Source of the DNA: Octopus bimaculoides
Taxonomy: Eukaryota
Assembly (NCBI RefSeq): GCF_001194135.2
Contig: NC_068982.1
Coordinates: forward strand, 39,874,717 to 39,938,716
Direction: 5' to 3'
Length of the DNA stretch: 64,000 bases
Numbering within the stretch: the stretch's first letter is position 1; each line of letters starts with the position of its first letter. Shown here piece by piece: positions 27,112 to 38,256 of the stretch. The position numbers and the translations under genes were made by a program. The notes beneath the pieces are model-generated. The model was not told the DNA's origin. It saw only the letters and a list, made by a program, of their open reading frames with translations, and did no database searches.

Positions 27112-27332
27112 TATTAAGACCGAAATTGTTCTCAACATGAAATATAGCAGCATACCAAAAACGTGAGCGGGCAAGACATTTAAAATCACCTAAAAAATCA
27201 TTATTAAACAGGGACTAGTTTCGGATTTAACAAATTCTTACCATTTGTCTATTCCTCATCAGCCTGATTTGTAATGTACCGCAATCATCAATGCTGCTAT
27301 ATTTCATGTTGAGAACAATTTCGGTCTTAATA
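27112..27332. repeat. Perfect 42-bp inverted repeat (27112-27153 / 27291-27332) enclosing a hammerhead; probable PLE terminal repeat
   Basis: tattaagaccgaaattgttctcaacatgaaatatagcagcat and its exact reverse complement; left arm truncated by an N-gap. Confidence 0.92.
27209..27266 (-). ncRNA. Type-I minimal hammerhead ribozyme (GUC site)
   Basis: CAGG-CUGAUGA-GGA...ACAAAU..AUUUGU...UCC-GAAA-CUA-GUC^CCUG; intact core, stem I CAGG/CCUG, helix III palindrome ACUAGU; predicted cleavage 27213/27212. Confidence 0.85.
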
Positions 27333-27365
27333 GACACAAGATGTGATCTATTTCTAGCGCATTAA

Positions 27366-27396
<31 letters not shown>

Positions 27397-27397
27397 C

Positions 27398-27460
<63 letters not shown>

Positions 27461-27487
27461 TAGATATATATCATATATATATATATA

Positions 27488-27760
27488 CAGGGTTATTCAA
27501 GAAGAATGAACCGATTTCATTACGCAAAGTTTTAATAAGGAAACTCCAGTTAAGTCAGAAGTATTTACTCACAATCAATTTTCATTTCCTGTGTTACAAG
27601 TGTTCAATGTGGCCGCCACACGCGGCACGGGTAGCATCAATGCAATGCGACAATTCCTCCCAGACGCGTATAGGCATGTCACGATCCACTGAGTTGGTTA
27701 CAGTTGTTATTCGATGTTTAATATCATGAATCTGGCTAACGATTATCTCCCCTCGCAAAT
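27488..27760 (-). mobile_element. Mariner/Tc1-family transposon 3' end with TIR
   Basis: TA|CAGGGTTATTCAAGAAGAATGAACCGATTTCA TIR-like end; minus strand encodes DIKHRITTVTNSVDRDMPIRVWEELSHCIDATRAACGGHIEHL*, a typical mariner-like transposase C-terminus. Confidence 0.8.
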
Positions 27761-27885
27761 ACTAATCGGACACAGACAGTGTGTCGTTAGGCAACAGGAG
27801 GAGATGTCCTCCTGTGGCATCATCCTCTATGGGACCACCACATCTATTTCACAATCATATTTTACGAATATATATATTCTTTAAT

Positions 27886-28173
27886 ACTTTTATTGTTCCA
27901 CTTGTTTCAGTCATTTGACTGCAACAATGCTGGAGCACCGACTTTAGTCGAGCAAATCGACCCCAGGACTTATTCTTGGTATGCCTAGCGCTTATTCTAT
28001 CAGTCATTTTTGCTGAACCGTCTACCAGGTCCCGTCTAGCAAATCCACGTAATAGGCTTAGGTCGGCCCGAAGCTATAGTAGAAGACGGTCTCCCGAGGT
28101 GCCACGTAGTGGGACTGAACCCAGATCCATGTGGTTAGGAAGCGAGTTACTTACCACACACCCACTCCTGCAC
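27886..28173 (-). mobile_element. SINE family A copy lacking the internal microsatellite
   Basis: Head gtgcaggagtgggtgtgtggtaag...gggttcagtccc; 3' body homologous to 4120-4267. Confidence 0.85.
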
Positions 28174-28416
28174 TGCACCTATAAATNNNNNNNNNNNNNN
28201 NNNNNNNNNNNNNNNNNNNNNNNNNNNNNNNNNNNNNNNNNNNNNNNNNNNNNNNNNNNNNNNNNNNNNNNNNNNNNNNNNNNNNNNNNNNNNNNNNNNN
28301 NNNNNNNNNNNNNNNNNNNNNNNNNNNNNNNNNNNNNNNNNNNNNNNNNNNNNNNNNNNNNNNNNNNNNNNNNNNNNNNNGCAACTCTTAAAGCCAACCC
28401 CTTAAAAACAGATTGA

Positions 28417-28477
28417 ATTATAGATCATGATTTCGTAGTTATTCTAGTATTATACAACCTCTACTCGTCAGTATAAT
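28417..28477 (-). ncRNA. Type-I minimal hammerhead ribozyme (AUC site), unit 1
   Basis: AUUAUA-CUGACGA-GUAG...CUAC-GAAA-UCAUG-AUC^UAUAAU: intact core, 6-bp stem I, 4-bp stem II, helix III palindrome AUCAUGAU. Confidence 0.9.
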
Positions 28478-28887
28478 ATGGTCAAGAAAAATAGCAGTAA
28501 ACAGAGAATCAACATACCAAACTAACACCGTGTATCCATTATAGTATATAGAAGACTGTTCATCGCTATTTCCCTATGTAGGTGGCGGGAATTTCGAATT
28601 GCATCTCGGTAAATGTGCTTTTTTCTCAGAATAAATTCAGCACTGAATATATTCTGGTAATATATTTAAATTCAATAATAGGACGAATTCTTTTACAAGA
28701 ATTTATCAAGTAGCTAGCGTGAAAAAAACCTCATAAGGGAAAAAATTCCATCACTTATTCACGAAATATATATTTATATTTATATAAGGGCATGAGGGAC
28801 TCTAAGGTCAGACTACCATAAAAACCACATTTTTACCGAACGCGAGGAAATGCAACTCTCAAAGTCAACCCCTTAAAAACAGACTGA

Positions 28888-28948
28888 ATTATAGATCATG
28901 ATTTCGTAGTTATTCTAGTATTATACAACCTCTACTCGTCAGTATAAT
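28888..28948 (-). ncRNA. Type-I minimal hammerhead ribozyme (AUC site), unit 2
   Basis: Identical to 28417-28477, 471 bp away. Confidence 0.9.
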
Positions 28949-29392
28949 ATGGTCAAGAAAAATAGCAGTAAACAGAGAATCAACATACCAAACNNNNNNN
29001 NNNNNNNNNNNNNNNNNNNNNNNNNNNNNNNNNNNNNNNNNNNNNNNNNNNNNNNNNNNNNNNNNNNNNNNNNNNNNNNNNNNNNNNNNNNNNNNNNNNN
29101 NNNNNNNNNNNNNNNNNNNNNNNNNNNNNNNNNNNNNNNNNNNNNNNNNNNNNNNNNNNNNNNNNNNNNNNNNNNNNNNNNNNNNNNNNNNNNNNNNNNN
29201 NNNNNNNNNNNNNNNNNNNNNNNNNNNNNNNNNNNNNNNNNNNNNNNNNNNNNNNNNNNNNNNNNNNNNNNNNNNNNNNNNNNNNNNNNNNNNNNNNNNN
29301 NNNNNNNNNNNNNNNNNNNNNNNNNNNNNNNNNNNNNNNNNNNNNNNNNNNNNNNNNNNNNNNNNNNNNNNNNNNNNNNNNNNNNNNNNNNN

Positions 29393-29456
<64 letters not shown>

Positions 29457-29504
29457 GATAGATAAATACGCAAATATAAATATATACATATATATATATT
29501 TATA

Positions 29505-29834
29505 TTGATTACAGGTGTACAGAAACAGCTGCCAACTCTAACTAGATACATATCGGCTCATGCAGCACCACCTCCAAAGCTAGAAAGAGCAACCACTACT
29601 CCAGTTTTAAGTCCCACACAAAATCTTACAGTACATCGTTATTCAACTCCTTACACTCTCAAGTGGTCCATACTCACCCACAACAAACCATACAACAGCT
29701 ACAATCACAAGTGTGATCTCTGCATAGCCGAGGTCTTAGATATTTTGCAATCCACAGATTGTCTTAATGAATGTAGCTGTATAATTTTTAACTGCAAATA
29801 TCGATCACTAAATCTAATCTCAAAATACAAATAA
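29505..29834 (+). mobile_element. Penelope-like element GIY-YIG endonuclease C-terminal remnant
   Basis: YTLKWSILTHNKPYNSYNHKCDLCIAEVLDIL...CLNECSCIIFNCKYRSLNLISKYK resembles the PLE terminal KWxIL...PY...KxCxLCLxEK...LNKRSELxxKCRH motif. Confidence 0.7.
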
Positions 29835-30449
29835 CAACAGTCCCACCTCACTTTTTTCCCCATAATCTGATAAATTTCTCCTCTTATTTACCTTTACTCA
29901 CCCTACATATTAAACCAACAGTATATCTTCCATTTAATTCCTGATTGTCATTTACATACTTCTCTCCGTATCTTTCCTTAACATTTATAAAATAATTTTT
30001 CTCTTATTTCCTCCTTTAATTCCTTATTGTCATTTACATACTTCCCTCTTTATCGTTCCATACCATTTTTCCTCTTAGTTCACTTTCCGCTCTCCTCCTA
30101 CCCTGTCTACTTTGTAAACTTACAAGTATATACGCAAGCATACACCTTTACTATTTCTTACTGTAAACACGCTCACTGCACACAATATACACTCCTTAAT
30201 TGAACGCTAGTAGTAACCGCCACGATTCTTGCCCATTCTCTCTTGCTTTCATCAGGCATAATTTTTCTCCCCGTTGACCAAAAATATTTGCCTACTCTCT
30301 CCCCTGCACATTATCTTTTTTTCAAATACCACTCCTCTTACTAATTTTTGAATAATGAGGCTTCTTTACTCAGTCTTACTTGTTGTGAGGTCTAGAAAGC
30401 AAGTTGATAAAATGAGAAAATTACAAATTGTGGTTGTAATCGTTCAATG

Positions 30450-30770
30450 TGTTGACTGAAGAGCAGCAAACAACCTAAGACATTAAAGAAGATCCTCACT
30501 AGTGCCAAATTATTCTCTAGAACAACGGACGCAAGAATCGAAAAGTGTAGTCGCCCTAATTGCGGAACATATCCCAATCTTTTGGAAGGATCGGAATTCC
30601 ATTTCAGACAAGGGCAAAAATTCAAAATCAAATCTAACTTCACTTGCGCCTCTTAAGAACTTATTCACGTAATCAGATGCTCGGGATGCCATAGAAACTA
30701 TATTTAATTCGACAGGAATGCCGATCAGACTGAGATGTACGGTCTACAGACTTACAATATCCTCCCTAAA
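30450..30770 (+). mobile_element. Penelope-like element linker / GIY-YIG N-terminal remnant
   Basis: KQPKTLKKILTSAK...KCSRPNCGTYPNL...FKIKSNFTCAS*ELIHVIRCSGCHRNYI*..TGMPIRLR (cf. RQPxNLKxIL, CxxxxCxTC, NFTCxSxNLIYxIxCxxCxxxYIGQT). Confidence 0.8.
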
Positions 30771-31398
30771 ATATCGCAAAATATATTTCAGTCAATACAT
30801 TCATGAATGTGCAGAACGATTACAACTACAAGTCATGATTTTCCCTTTTATCAACTTGCTTTCTGTTCCTCGCAAGTAAGACTGAATAAAGAGTCTCATT
30901 TATTCAAAAATATAAACCAGAATTAAATATGAGCCCGTGTTAACAATAAAAAACTTACTTATTGTAAGATATAAGCCAAAATACAGTATGGACCAAGAAT
31001 AAAAATTGCAGATTTATCTCACCTTTGCTGTAAAATACATGAATGAACAATTATCTCCCCTGTCAATATATCCATTTCTTAGCTTGATGAACGATACAAA
31101 ACCGGTTCGTACTTTAATTATGGTGAAAGAACAAATTCATAATTTGTACAAAATTGTATATCTTTATTATTATGACTCTAATATACTCCTTAATCCGGTA
31201 AAACAAATCTTCTGTGTTTTTTCATCTTTTCGCTTTCTGTATATATCCAACGACGTGTATTCCCCCACTAAAATATCTTCTACCTAATATATATATATAT
31301 ATATATGACGTCAGTAAAATATAAATCCGAAATAGAAGCACACTATAAGTTGTAGAGTAGTATATTATCAAGGTAAAGTTAGATAAGGCCGGTTTATA

Positions 31399-31457
31399 GG
31401 ATTACTCTGTGTTTCATGTCCATAAAGCGCTTAGTTTTACAGCTTATCATCAGATCC
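31399..31457 (-). ncRNA. Hammerhead motif in left inverted arm (partly decayed)
   Basis: GGAU-CUGAUGA-...-GAAAC-ACAGA-GUA^AUCC; stem II imperfect. Confidence 0.6.
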
Positions 31458-31903
31458 CAAACCTGCTGGCCTGCGGCCTCTCTAGAAAATTGAGGAGGAA
31501 AATACTTCGTTAGACTATGTCAACGACAGGGGATTGTCTGACTCTGGCTGTCAATCGTAAATGACCCTGTTATCGTATGGGTCTCAGTAGGCCAGCAAGA
31601 ATCTAGGCCCCTACAAAGACAGGACGAGGCGTTGTAAACTGTGCATAGTTGAACGGGCGAGGATATTAAAGGACACTCTCGACCCGGGAAACATCCTTAA
31701 CTGCAGAAATGAGGTCTTTGGACCATGCTTGCACTTCAGGAAATTCCTTCTGGTCTACTGCGACCCACATAATAACAGAGCCACTTACGGTCGACAGCCA
31801 AAGAGAGTTAATCCCTGCTGTTGACATAGAATAACGAAGTCTTATCACCCTCTATTTTCTAGAGAGGCCACTTGTTAGAGAGGCCATTAGGCCAACAGGT
31901 TTA

Positions 31904-31962
31904 GGATCTGATGATATGCTGTAAAGCTAAGCGCTTTATGGAAGTGAAATCTAGGGTAATCC
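31904..31962 (+). ncRNA. Hammerhead motif in right arm (partly decayed)
   Basis: GGAU-CUGAUGA-UAUGC-UGUAAA...UUUAUG-GAAGU-GAAA-UCUAGG-GUA^AUCC. Confidence 0.55.
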
Positions 31963-31993
31963 CATAAACCAGCCTTTTCTAACTTTACCTTTA

Positions 31994-34900
31994 CCTATAC
32001 TACAATTGCGCTATTTAGGTCTGTGTATGTGTGTGTCAAAATTTTGCTACCAAATTCCTCCGCAACCACTGGTCCGATTTCGACCAAACTTGGCGTTACG
32101 AATCGTGCGTACCAGGAGAGTGTCAACATCTAAATGGGATTCACGAAAATTAACCGATCCGGTTCCAGTCTGATAAAATCCGACAAAACGAATTACTCCT
32201 TTCTCACTATTCAATTACTCTTCTACTATTCCTCATGCTTACTACCTCTTTCTCTTATTGAGAGTTGTAGTTTGCGGAGTGGTAATTGACAGAATTGCAG
32301 AGAATGTTACCTCTCATAATTCACTCTCTCTTAGCCGGTTGCGCTCTTTTCCATGTCTCCTTCGGTGTTACTTGGATGTTTCTCTCTCACATATATACAT
32401 ATATATATATTACGTATTGAACTCAGTCTCATACAATGTTACCTCTCTTAACACACACACACACACACACTCTCTCTCTCTCTCTCCCTCTCTCTCTCTC
32501 TCTCTATCTCTCATATTTACTACCTCTTTTACTTCATTCTCTCTGAACCGGTTGCGTTCTTTCCAATGTTTCTATCGATGTCATTTAGAAAAAAAAATAC
32601 TGTTAGTCTTCGGTGAAAATTACAATTACACCATACTCGTTAAACTCTATCTTAAAGAGTGGTTTTTTGATTTTATTGAATTGCTCTAAACGAATTTGAC
32701 CATAAAAATATTGGAAATTTATTATTTTTTTAATATATTAATAAAATTTGTCGGATCTATTTTCATGCTCTCGACCGTCGGAGCTATTCTTATGTCTGTT
32801 TACGTTGTTACGTGTATGAATATGTTATTGCATGTACTGTCGTTTGATATTTCACTCATACGTAGAATTCTGAAATAGCAAACGTAAAAAGTATAAAAAT
32901 TTCGGAAACTTTACGCATTCGACTGCACGAAAATGGGTTCGACTAATTTTATTATTACCTTAAAAAATACTAATTTAAAATAGTGTTTGTCGAGAGTCGT
33001 GTAATTGTAAATAAATACCTAGGGTAAATATTTACAATTAATACCGTGAAAACTTCCCGTTCAGAGAAATTAGCTTAAATTCTAGCTGAATCGTCACAAA
33101 ACGTTCACTATATAATTGTTATAAGTATTCATGCTTTCAACACTACACTATGCCCAGAAAAGGAAAGACCAACAACCTGTTCCGAAAAAATCCCGTTCAC
33201 AAAAAGCTGCTGAGCAAAGACAACAGACGCTAATTGAATAAAACAGACAAGGAGCTAGCTCTACTCTGTGTCTCGAAATAAAACGAAGGCAAATGTAAGA
33301 AACCGGTGCAATGGAGACACAAGAAGAAACAGAGGCACGGAGAAATGCAGATCGACTGAAGAGACAGGAAACCCGTGCTATGGAAAGACCAGAAAAATGA
33401 AAAGCCTGAAGGAATATGAATCGGCTGAGAACACAGAAAAGCCGTGCAATGGAAGCACCACAAGAATCAGAAGCACGGACAAATACTGATCGGCTGGGGA
33501 AACAGGATTCTAGGGAAAACACGTCACTGCTACAAATTCAGCAGCGACAAGTAAACAACCAGAACCGATACCTTTCAAGACTTCATCAGCAAAGAACGGA
33601 CACTGATAGAATGGCTATGGAAGTTGATATGGCAGATTTTCATGAGAAAAAAATGAAACGCAAGGCTTATGTTGCACTACTGTGGAAAGATTTTTAACAG
33701 AACATACCCTGACTGCAAAGCTTACCTTTGGGGTACTGAGAAAACTACCCTCTGATGTGACAAAGCCTCCAGAATTTATTGCTAAGTACTATGATGTTAA
33801 TCTATGCGGTCAAACGTTTCTAAAGAAAATTCGTGACTACAATAATTTACTGGATTATGGCTTCACTTGCACTGGATAATCCACCAGTTGGACCACAAGG
33901 TAATAGCACTTTTGTGCCTACTTTCAAGATTCAAGTTATACCACCGCATAGGAAGTTTCGTACCACCAGTAAATAAGAAGCCAGTCTACGCACAGCTATA
34001 TTTCGTTGACACTGAAAAAGGGATCTGAAACAGGTTGTCATTCAGAGGAGCTGACAATGACCTTAATGAGAGCATCCTGCTAGACTTGCAGAGAGCACTG
34101 CATATGCATAATCAATATGTCAAAAATTTCAAACAGGCTATTGATATGATTAAGGAATACCCTGCACCAGGAAAATGTTCCACCGGTGATATTATTATAA
34201 GTAATGACAAACAGCTTATTCCTGCTGGATCACATGAGAGAACCTCTAATCCACCAACTGCACCAGGAGTTACTGTGATCATGATGGGAGATGCTACCAA
34301 TAATACAAACATTAAAGCTGCGGATGTTGTTGTGCAGTACATAGAAAGCAATAGAAAATAAGACTACATTAGCCAAATCCACAGAAGCTATGGCACTTTT
34401 CATTATGTACTTCTGTTTCCCTATGGAGAAGCTGGCTGGAATGTGTTCTTGAAAGACAATGACCGATGCAAAGATATCACTGAATGTGACTTTTGTTCTT
34501 ATCGGCTTCAGGTAAGAAAAGACAAGTTCAATGACATAATGAAAAGTACACGTCTGATGCAACAATATGCAAAGACAGAGCAAAATCGATTACACTTCCT
34601 GAGAACTCATCAGAAACAACTGAAGGCTGAAAAGTTCCAGGGCCTTCTGAATGCTATTGCAAATGGTGACATGAATGAAGTAGGGTCTAAAATCATTCTT
34701 ACGCCATCACACACTGGTTCTCCTCGGTTTTACAAGGAGTGTTTCCAAGCTGAAATGGCTCTAGTGAGATAGTCTGGAAAGCCAGATTACTTCATCACTA
34801 GGACAACCAGCCCAAAGAGGACTGAGATAACGGAAGCCTGATTTGGTTTTGGGAACAAAGAGCATATATTGGCTTTGGACTCAGGGTATGAGGTTATGAA

Positions 34901-35043
34901 AGGAATCTACACTGGCAACGTTATCGGTAAGGAAATTCTTTAAGAAAATTGTGCTAAGTTTAACTTTTTACTTTCATACTACGAACAGGAGTTTAGATAT
35001 GCACTAGACGAATCGATTGCACGGAGGGTGGTGATTCAGCTAG
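31994..35043 (+). mobile_element. Defective Helitron (5' terminus, Helitron_like_N region of RepHel, candidate CTAG 3' end); Rep catalytic and helicase domains absent
   Basis: 5' A|CCTATACTA...gtgtatgtgtgt...actggtccgatttcgaccaaacttggc resembles Helitron 5' ends; coding remnants at 33150-34850 (next feature); CTAG|T at 35040-35044 is a tentative 3' end. Confidence 0.7.
33150..34850 (+). pseudogene. Helitron RepHel N-terminal region, multiple stops/frameshifts
   Basis: FLKKIRDYNN; LLDLQRALHMHNQYVKNFK; HRSYGTFHYVLLFPYGEAGW; FCSYRLQVR; EQNRLHFLRTHQKQLKAEKFQGL; GSKIILTPSHTGSPRFY...MALVR*SGKPDYFIT. These are hallmark Helitron_like_N motifs. Confidence 0.92.
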
Positions 35044-35659
35044 TAGATATAATGGAATAAGCAGATGTGCTTCAAGAGGAAACACTTGGGATCATTCCCT
35101 ACATATCACACACACACACTCACATATGTTTGTAAGTTTTTAGTTGAGTCATTTAATACAAATAGCAACTTTTATGTTCTGACTATACCAAGAACTTTTT
35201 TGTAATGGGAAAAAAGAAAATTGAATGACAATCGTGTGATAATGATAAATTGATATTTGTACGAGCGAGATCCAGAAATATTCAGCTCTTCTAAAGAGTG
35301 ATATTACATGTTGTTGTCAGGTTCTAGGGGCCTATGTTGAAATCCATCCAGTCCGTCTTCAGTTTGTCTGTGACTGACTTGTAATCTATCCAGATTTATA
35401 TTATTTTGTATGTATATATTTCAATCACTTTGAATGATGGTGTGTTTCAACGAGAATTATTTGATAATTTTATCAGACCTGGAGATGATGTAATTATTCT
35501 TCTACTGACACATGAGATAGGACTGCGCAATCTTTGTGGAAGGAGGAAAATTATGGAGAACAAAAGATCTGAGGAGAGCAGCAATTAGTTCGGAGTGATT
35601 ATCAAGAATTTTGATAAAACTGAATAGGCACAGGAAGGTGTTACATGATAATAATCCAA

Positions 35660-35960
35660 ATTGAAATAGTAATAATAATAATAACGATACTAATAATAAT
35701 AATAATGATAATAATAATAATGATAACAATAATAATAATAATTATTATTATTATTATTATTATTATTATTTTATGTTTGACTTTTGTTTTGCATTTGTAC
35801 AAGTGGGATCCAAGCCTCACCCAGAGACCTCAAGAGACAACAAGTTAGAAGTTCATGTAGGTGTTATGCCTAGGGTACCATATATTTGGATTTGTACAGT
35901 TTTGTTCAAGTGAATGTTTAAGTGAATGTTCAAGTGAATGTTATTATTATTATTATTATT

Positions 35961-36016
<56 letters not shown>

Positions 36017-36017
36017 G
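35660..36017. repeat. About 170-bp interspersed repeat embedded in (AAT)n/(ATT)n arrays
   Basis: (AAT)n>(ATT)n | unique 35771-35940 ending in (aagtgaatgtt)x3 | (ATT)n>(AAT)n. Confidence 0.7.
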
Positions 36018-36415
36018 GGTATAAATATTAATAAGATATTGGATATCAAAATATTTTATATCAAAACCGAGAAGACAAGCACAGAATTATAGCGCTATAA
36101 TTATTATTATAACAATCTCTTTTGCACAATTTCTAAGATTTCAAATTCAAACTTAATTTCAAGCAATAGCGTCTAGAAATAATCTATGATGAATGAAATT
36201 GAAATGCTTTAATTGTATTGCAAAACTATTCGGTTGTAAATAAAAATGCTGAATTTGATTTAAATTCTATTGTAAGCATTCAACTAGATCATATTTTATA
36301 GTCTCTCACTTTCATTGAAAGTCGCAATGGAAAGCGCAGTGATACCCACACAATAAAATGAGTGGTATTGGTTATCTATATAAATTTCAGGATACATTAT
36401 TTATATTATATAATG

Positions 36416-36476
<61 letters not shown>

Positions 36477-36478
<2 letters not shown>

Positions 36479-36670
36479 TCGAAAAATACCTTAGGAATGA
36501 GAACCCAGGTTCGAAATTTCTCCAAGACACCTGATGAAGGCTGGAGGATATATCAGCCGAAACGTTGTGTTAACAACAAACAAGATGAGGACAAATATCC
36601 GTCAAATGTAAGCAATGTAAATAATATAAATAATGTTTATAATTCCTCATCTCTTACGTATAGGACTGTA
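36477..36670 (+). mobile_element. Solo PLE pseudo-LTR with hammerhead, adjacent to (AAT)n
   Basis: Contains the hammerhead below; 3' part recurs as both arms of the 58.5-kb palindrome. Confidence 0.75.
36526..36571 (+). ncRNA. Type-I minimal hammerhead ribozyme (GUU site)
   Basis: GACAC-CUGAUGA-A-GGCUG[GAGGAUAUAU]CAGCC-GAAAC-GUU^GUGUU; 5-bp stems I and II; helix III replaced by palindrome AACGUU. Confidence 0.8.
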
Positions 36671-38012
36671 TAAATCTCAGGATGTTTTTAAATGTTGTGA
36701 AACTTGAGCAATAGCTTACCTTAAACATATCAAACAGCTAGTAGGTGCGTGTGTCGCAGATGTATTACATTTTTCCTTTGTTAAACGCAAGCCACTAACA
36801 ATTCAGTCATGTATTTTTAAATCTATATGTATTTATAACTATCTTACAACAACGGTTTCATTTTCCAACTCGCAATTGTTTTAGTTTACAGTCAATTTTT
36901 AATTAACTGCATTAATTTTTACCTGCTTCACTTAATACATATCATTTCTTGAAAAGGCTTCAGCAGTAAGTATCTTTGATTATTCTTGTTAACTATCATT
37001 GATATCTAGATGGGTTGTCTTTTAACAATTGCTCTTTTTTTTTGTGCGTGTGTATATTTTATTGTCTGGTAACACCAAGATGTAAGATGTCTAATTATAT
37101 TAAAGTTCTTTGTTTGGGTCCCGTTTGGGTCTTCTTTGGATTCAGTTTTGCTTCAGCTTTGATTTGACAATGAGAAGATTCCCACAGGACGTTTATATGA
37201 ACGAAATTTATGCAATATCAATTTTCTATATTGGTACACCTACAGCTTATCAGTGCAACAGTATCCTGGACAAGTTGTTAAGTAAATGTATCACGGAATA
37301 TATTCATGAACAAATATCAATCCAAATAATGTAATTAGCACTGAAATTACACTTGCAAATTACACTTGCAAAGGAGATTTACACTTAACGAGTAATTTGC
37401 AAAGGAGGAAATTAACGGTTTAGAATTTCAATTAAGAGTCGGTGAATGCATTTTGCCGAGGTTTTCATACATTAAAGAATTCGTAGTAAAAAACAAAAAA
37501 CATAAAGTCTCTTGCTTCCTATTTAATTTTCTCCTTTTTATACATATACATTATCATAGTATTTCTAGTATAAATACTTTGATCTTATGATCTTAAACAG
37601 GATTTTATACAGATTTGGCTCAATTATTGCATTGATTATTTTTAGAAGCGAATGAAATTGAGTGATGCTGAAAACTGTTGATAAAGTATTACTGCGGTCA
37701 AATGAAATAGCTATTGTTGATTGTTTCTCAATTATTCGTAGGTTTCGAGAAGTTGTCAATGACCGAAGTTGTTAGTTATTGGAAAAATTCAAAGACAGTT
37801 TTATTTTTTATTTTTAAAATGTAAAGCTACTACTCAGTATTTCATTTGTTACCTACTGTACACACTATTGGAGAATGTTCTGCAAATTTAGCTTATTGTA
37901 AATACGTTAATTAGTCATTTAGATACAAAATTCGGCATACCACCAAGTCCAAGTCTTAGCAAGAAAGATTTTTGAAAGTTAACTTTTTTTTATAAAAGAA
38001 ATTTAAACTCAT

Positions 38013-38222
38013 CGTAGGCGTGGCTGTGTTAAGAAGATTACTTCCCAGTCACACTTTTCGGGGTTGAGCTCCGCTGCGTGGCACTTGGGGCGAGGTGTGT
38101 CCTAATATAGCCTAAGATCCAACAAAATTATATGAGTAGATTTGGTAGATGGTAACTGGGAGAAAGTTGTCTTTGATATATGTGTGTGTTTGCGGTTGTA
38201 TATATGAATCCCTGTTTATATG

Positions 38223-38256
<34 letters not shown>

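Larger units (their letters stand above)
28381..28993 (-). repeat. 471-bp tandem repeat (at least 1.3 units between two gaps), each unit carrying a hammerhead
   Basis: 28381-28522 recurs almost identically at 28852-28993 (period 471); both array ends run into N-gaps. Confidence 0.9.
31371..31990 (+). mobile_element. Truncated Penelope-like element: GIY-YIG C-terminus flanked by inverted terminal repeats (about 31371-31533 / 31812-31990)
   Basis: Arms aggtaaagttag.../...ctaactttacct with diverged internal complementarity; interior 31600-31760 encodes PYKDRTRRCKLCIVERARILKDTLDPGNILNCRNEVFGPCLHFRKFLL. Confidence 0.8.

Noticed and set aside
28588-28749. Second, long-stem hammerhead-like motif in the 471-bp unit (CUUAUGA-GGU...ACC-GAGA)
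   Set aside because: Two core positions mutated and no clear cleavage triplet; at best a dead relic.
17446-29551. Longest ORF-track entries (130-336 aa)
   Set aside because: They read through N-gaps (17616-17918, 20671-21234, 26252-27111, 28187-28380, 28994-29391) and microsatellites.
33570-33590. CUGAUGA...GAAA on the minus strand, and similar cores at about 1216, 16872, 55527 and 57185
   Set aside because: No credible stem II or stem I pairing; some lie in transposon coding remnants.
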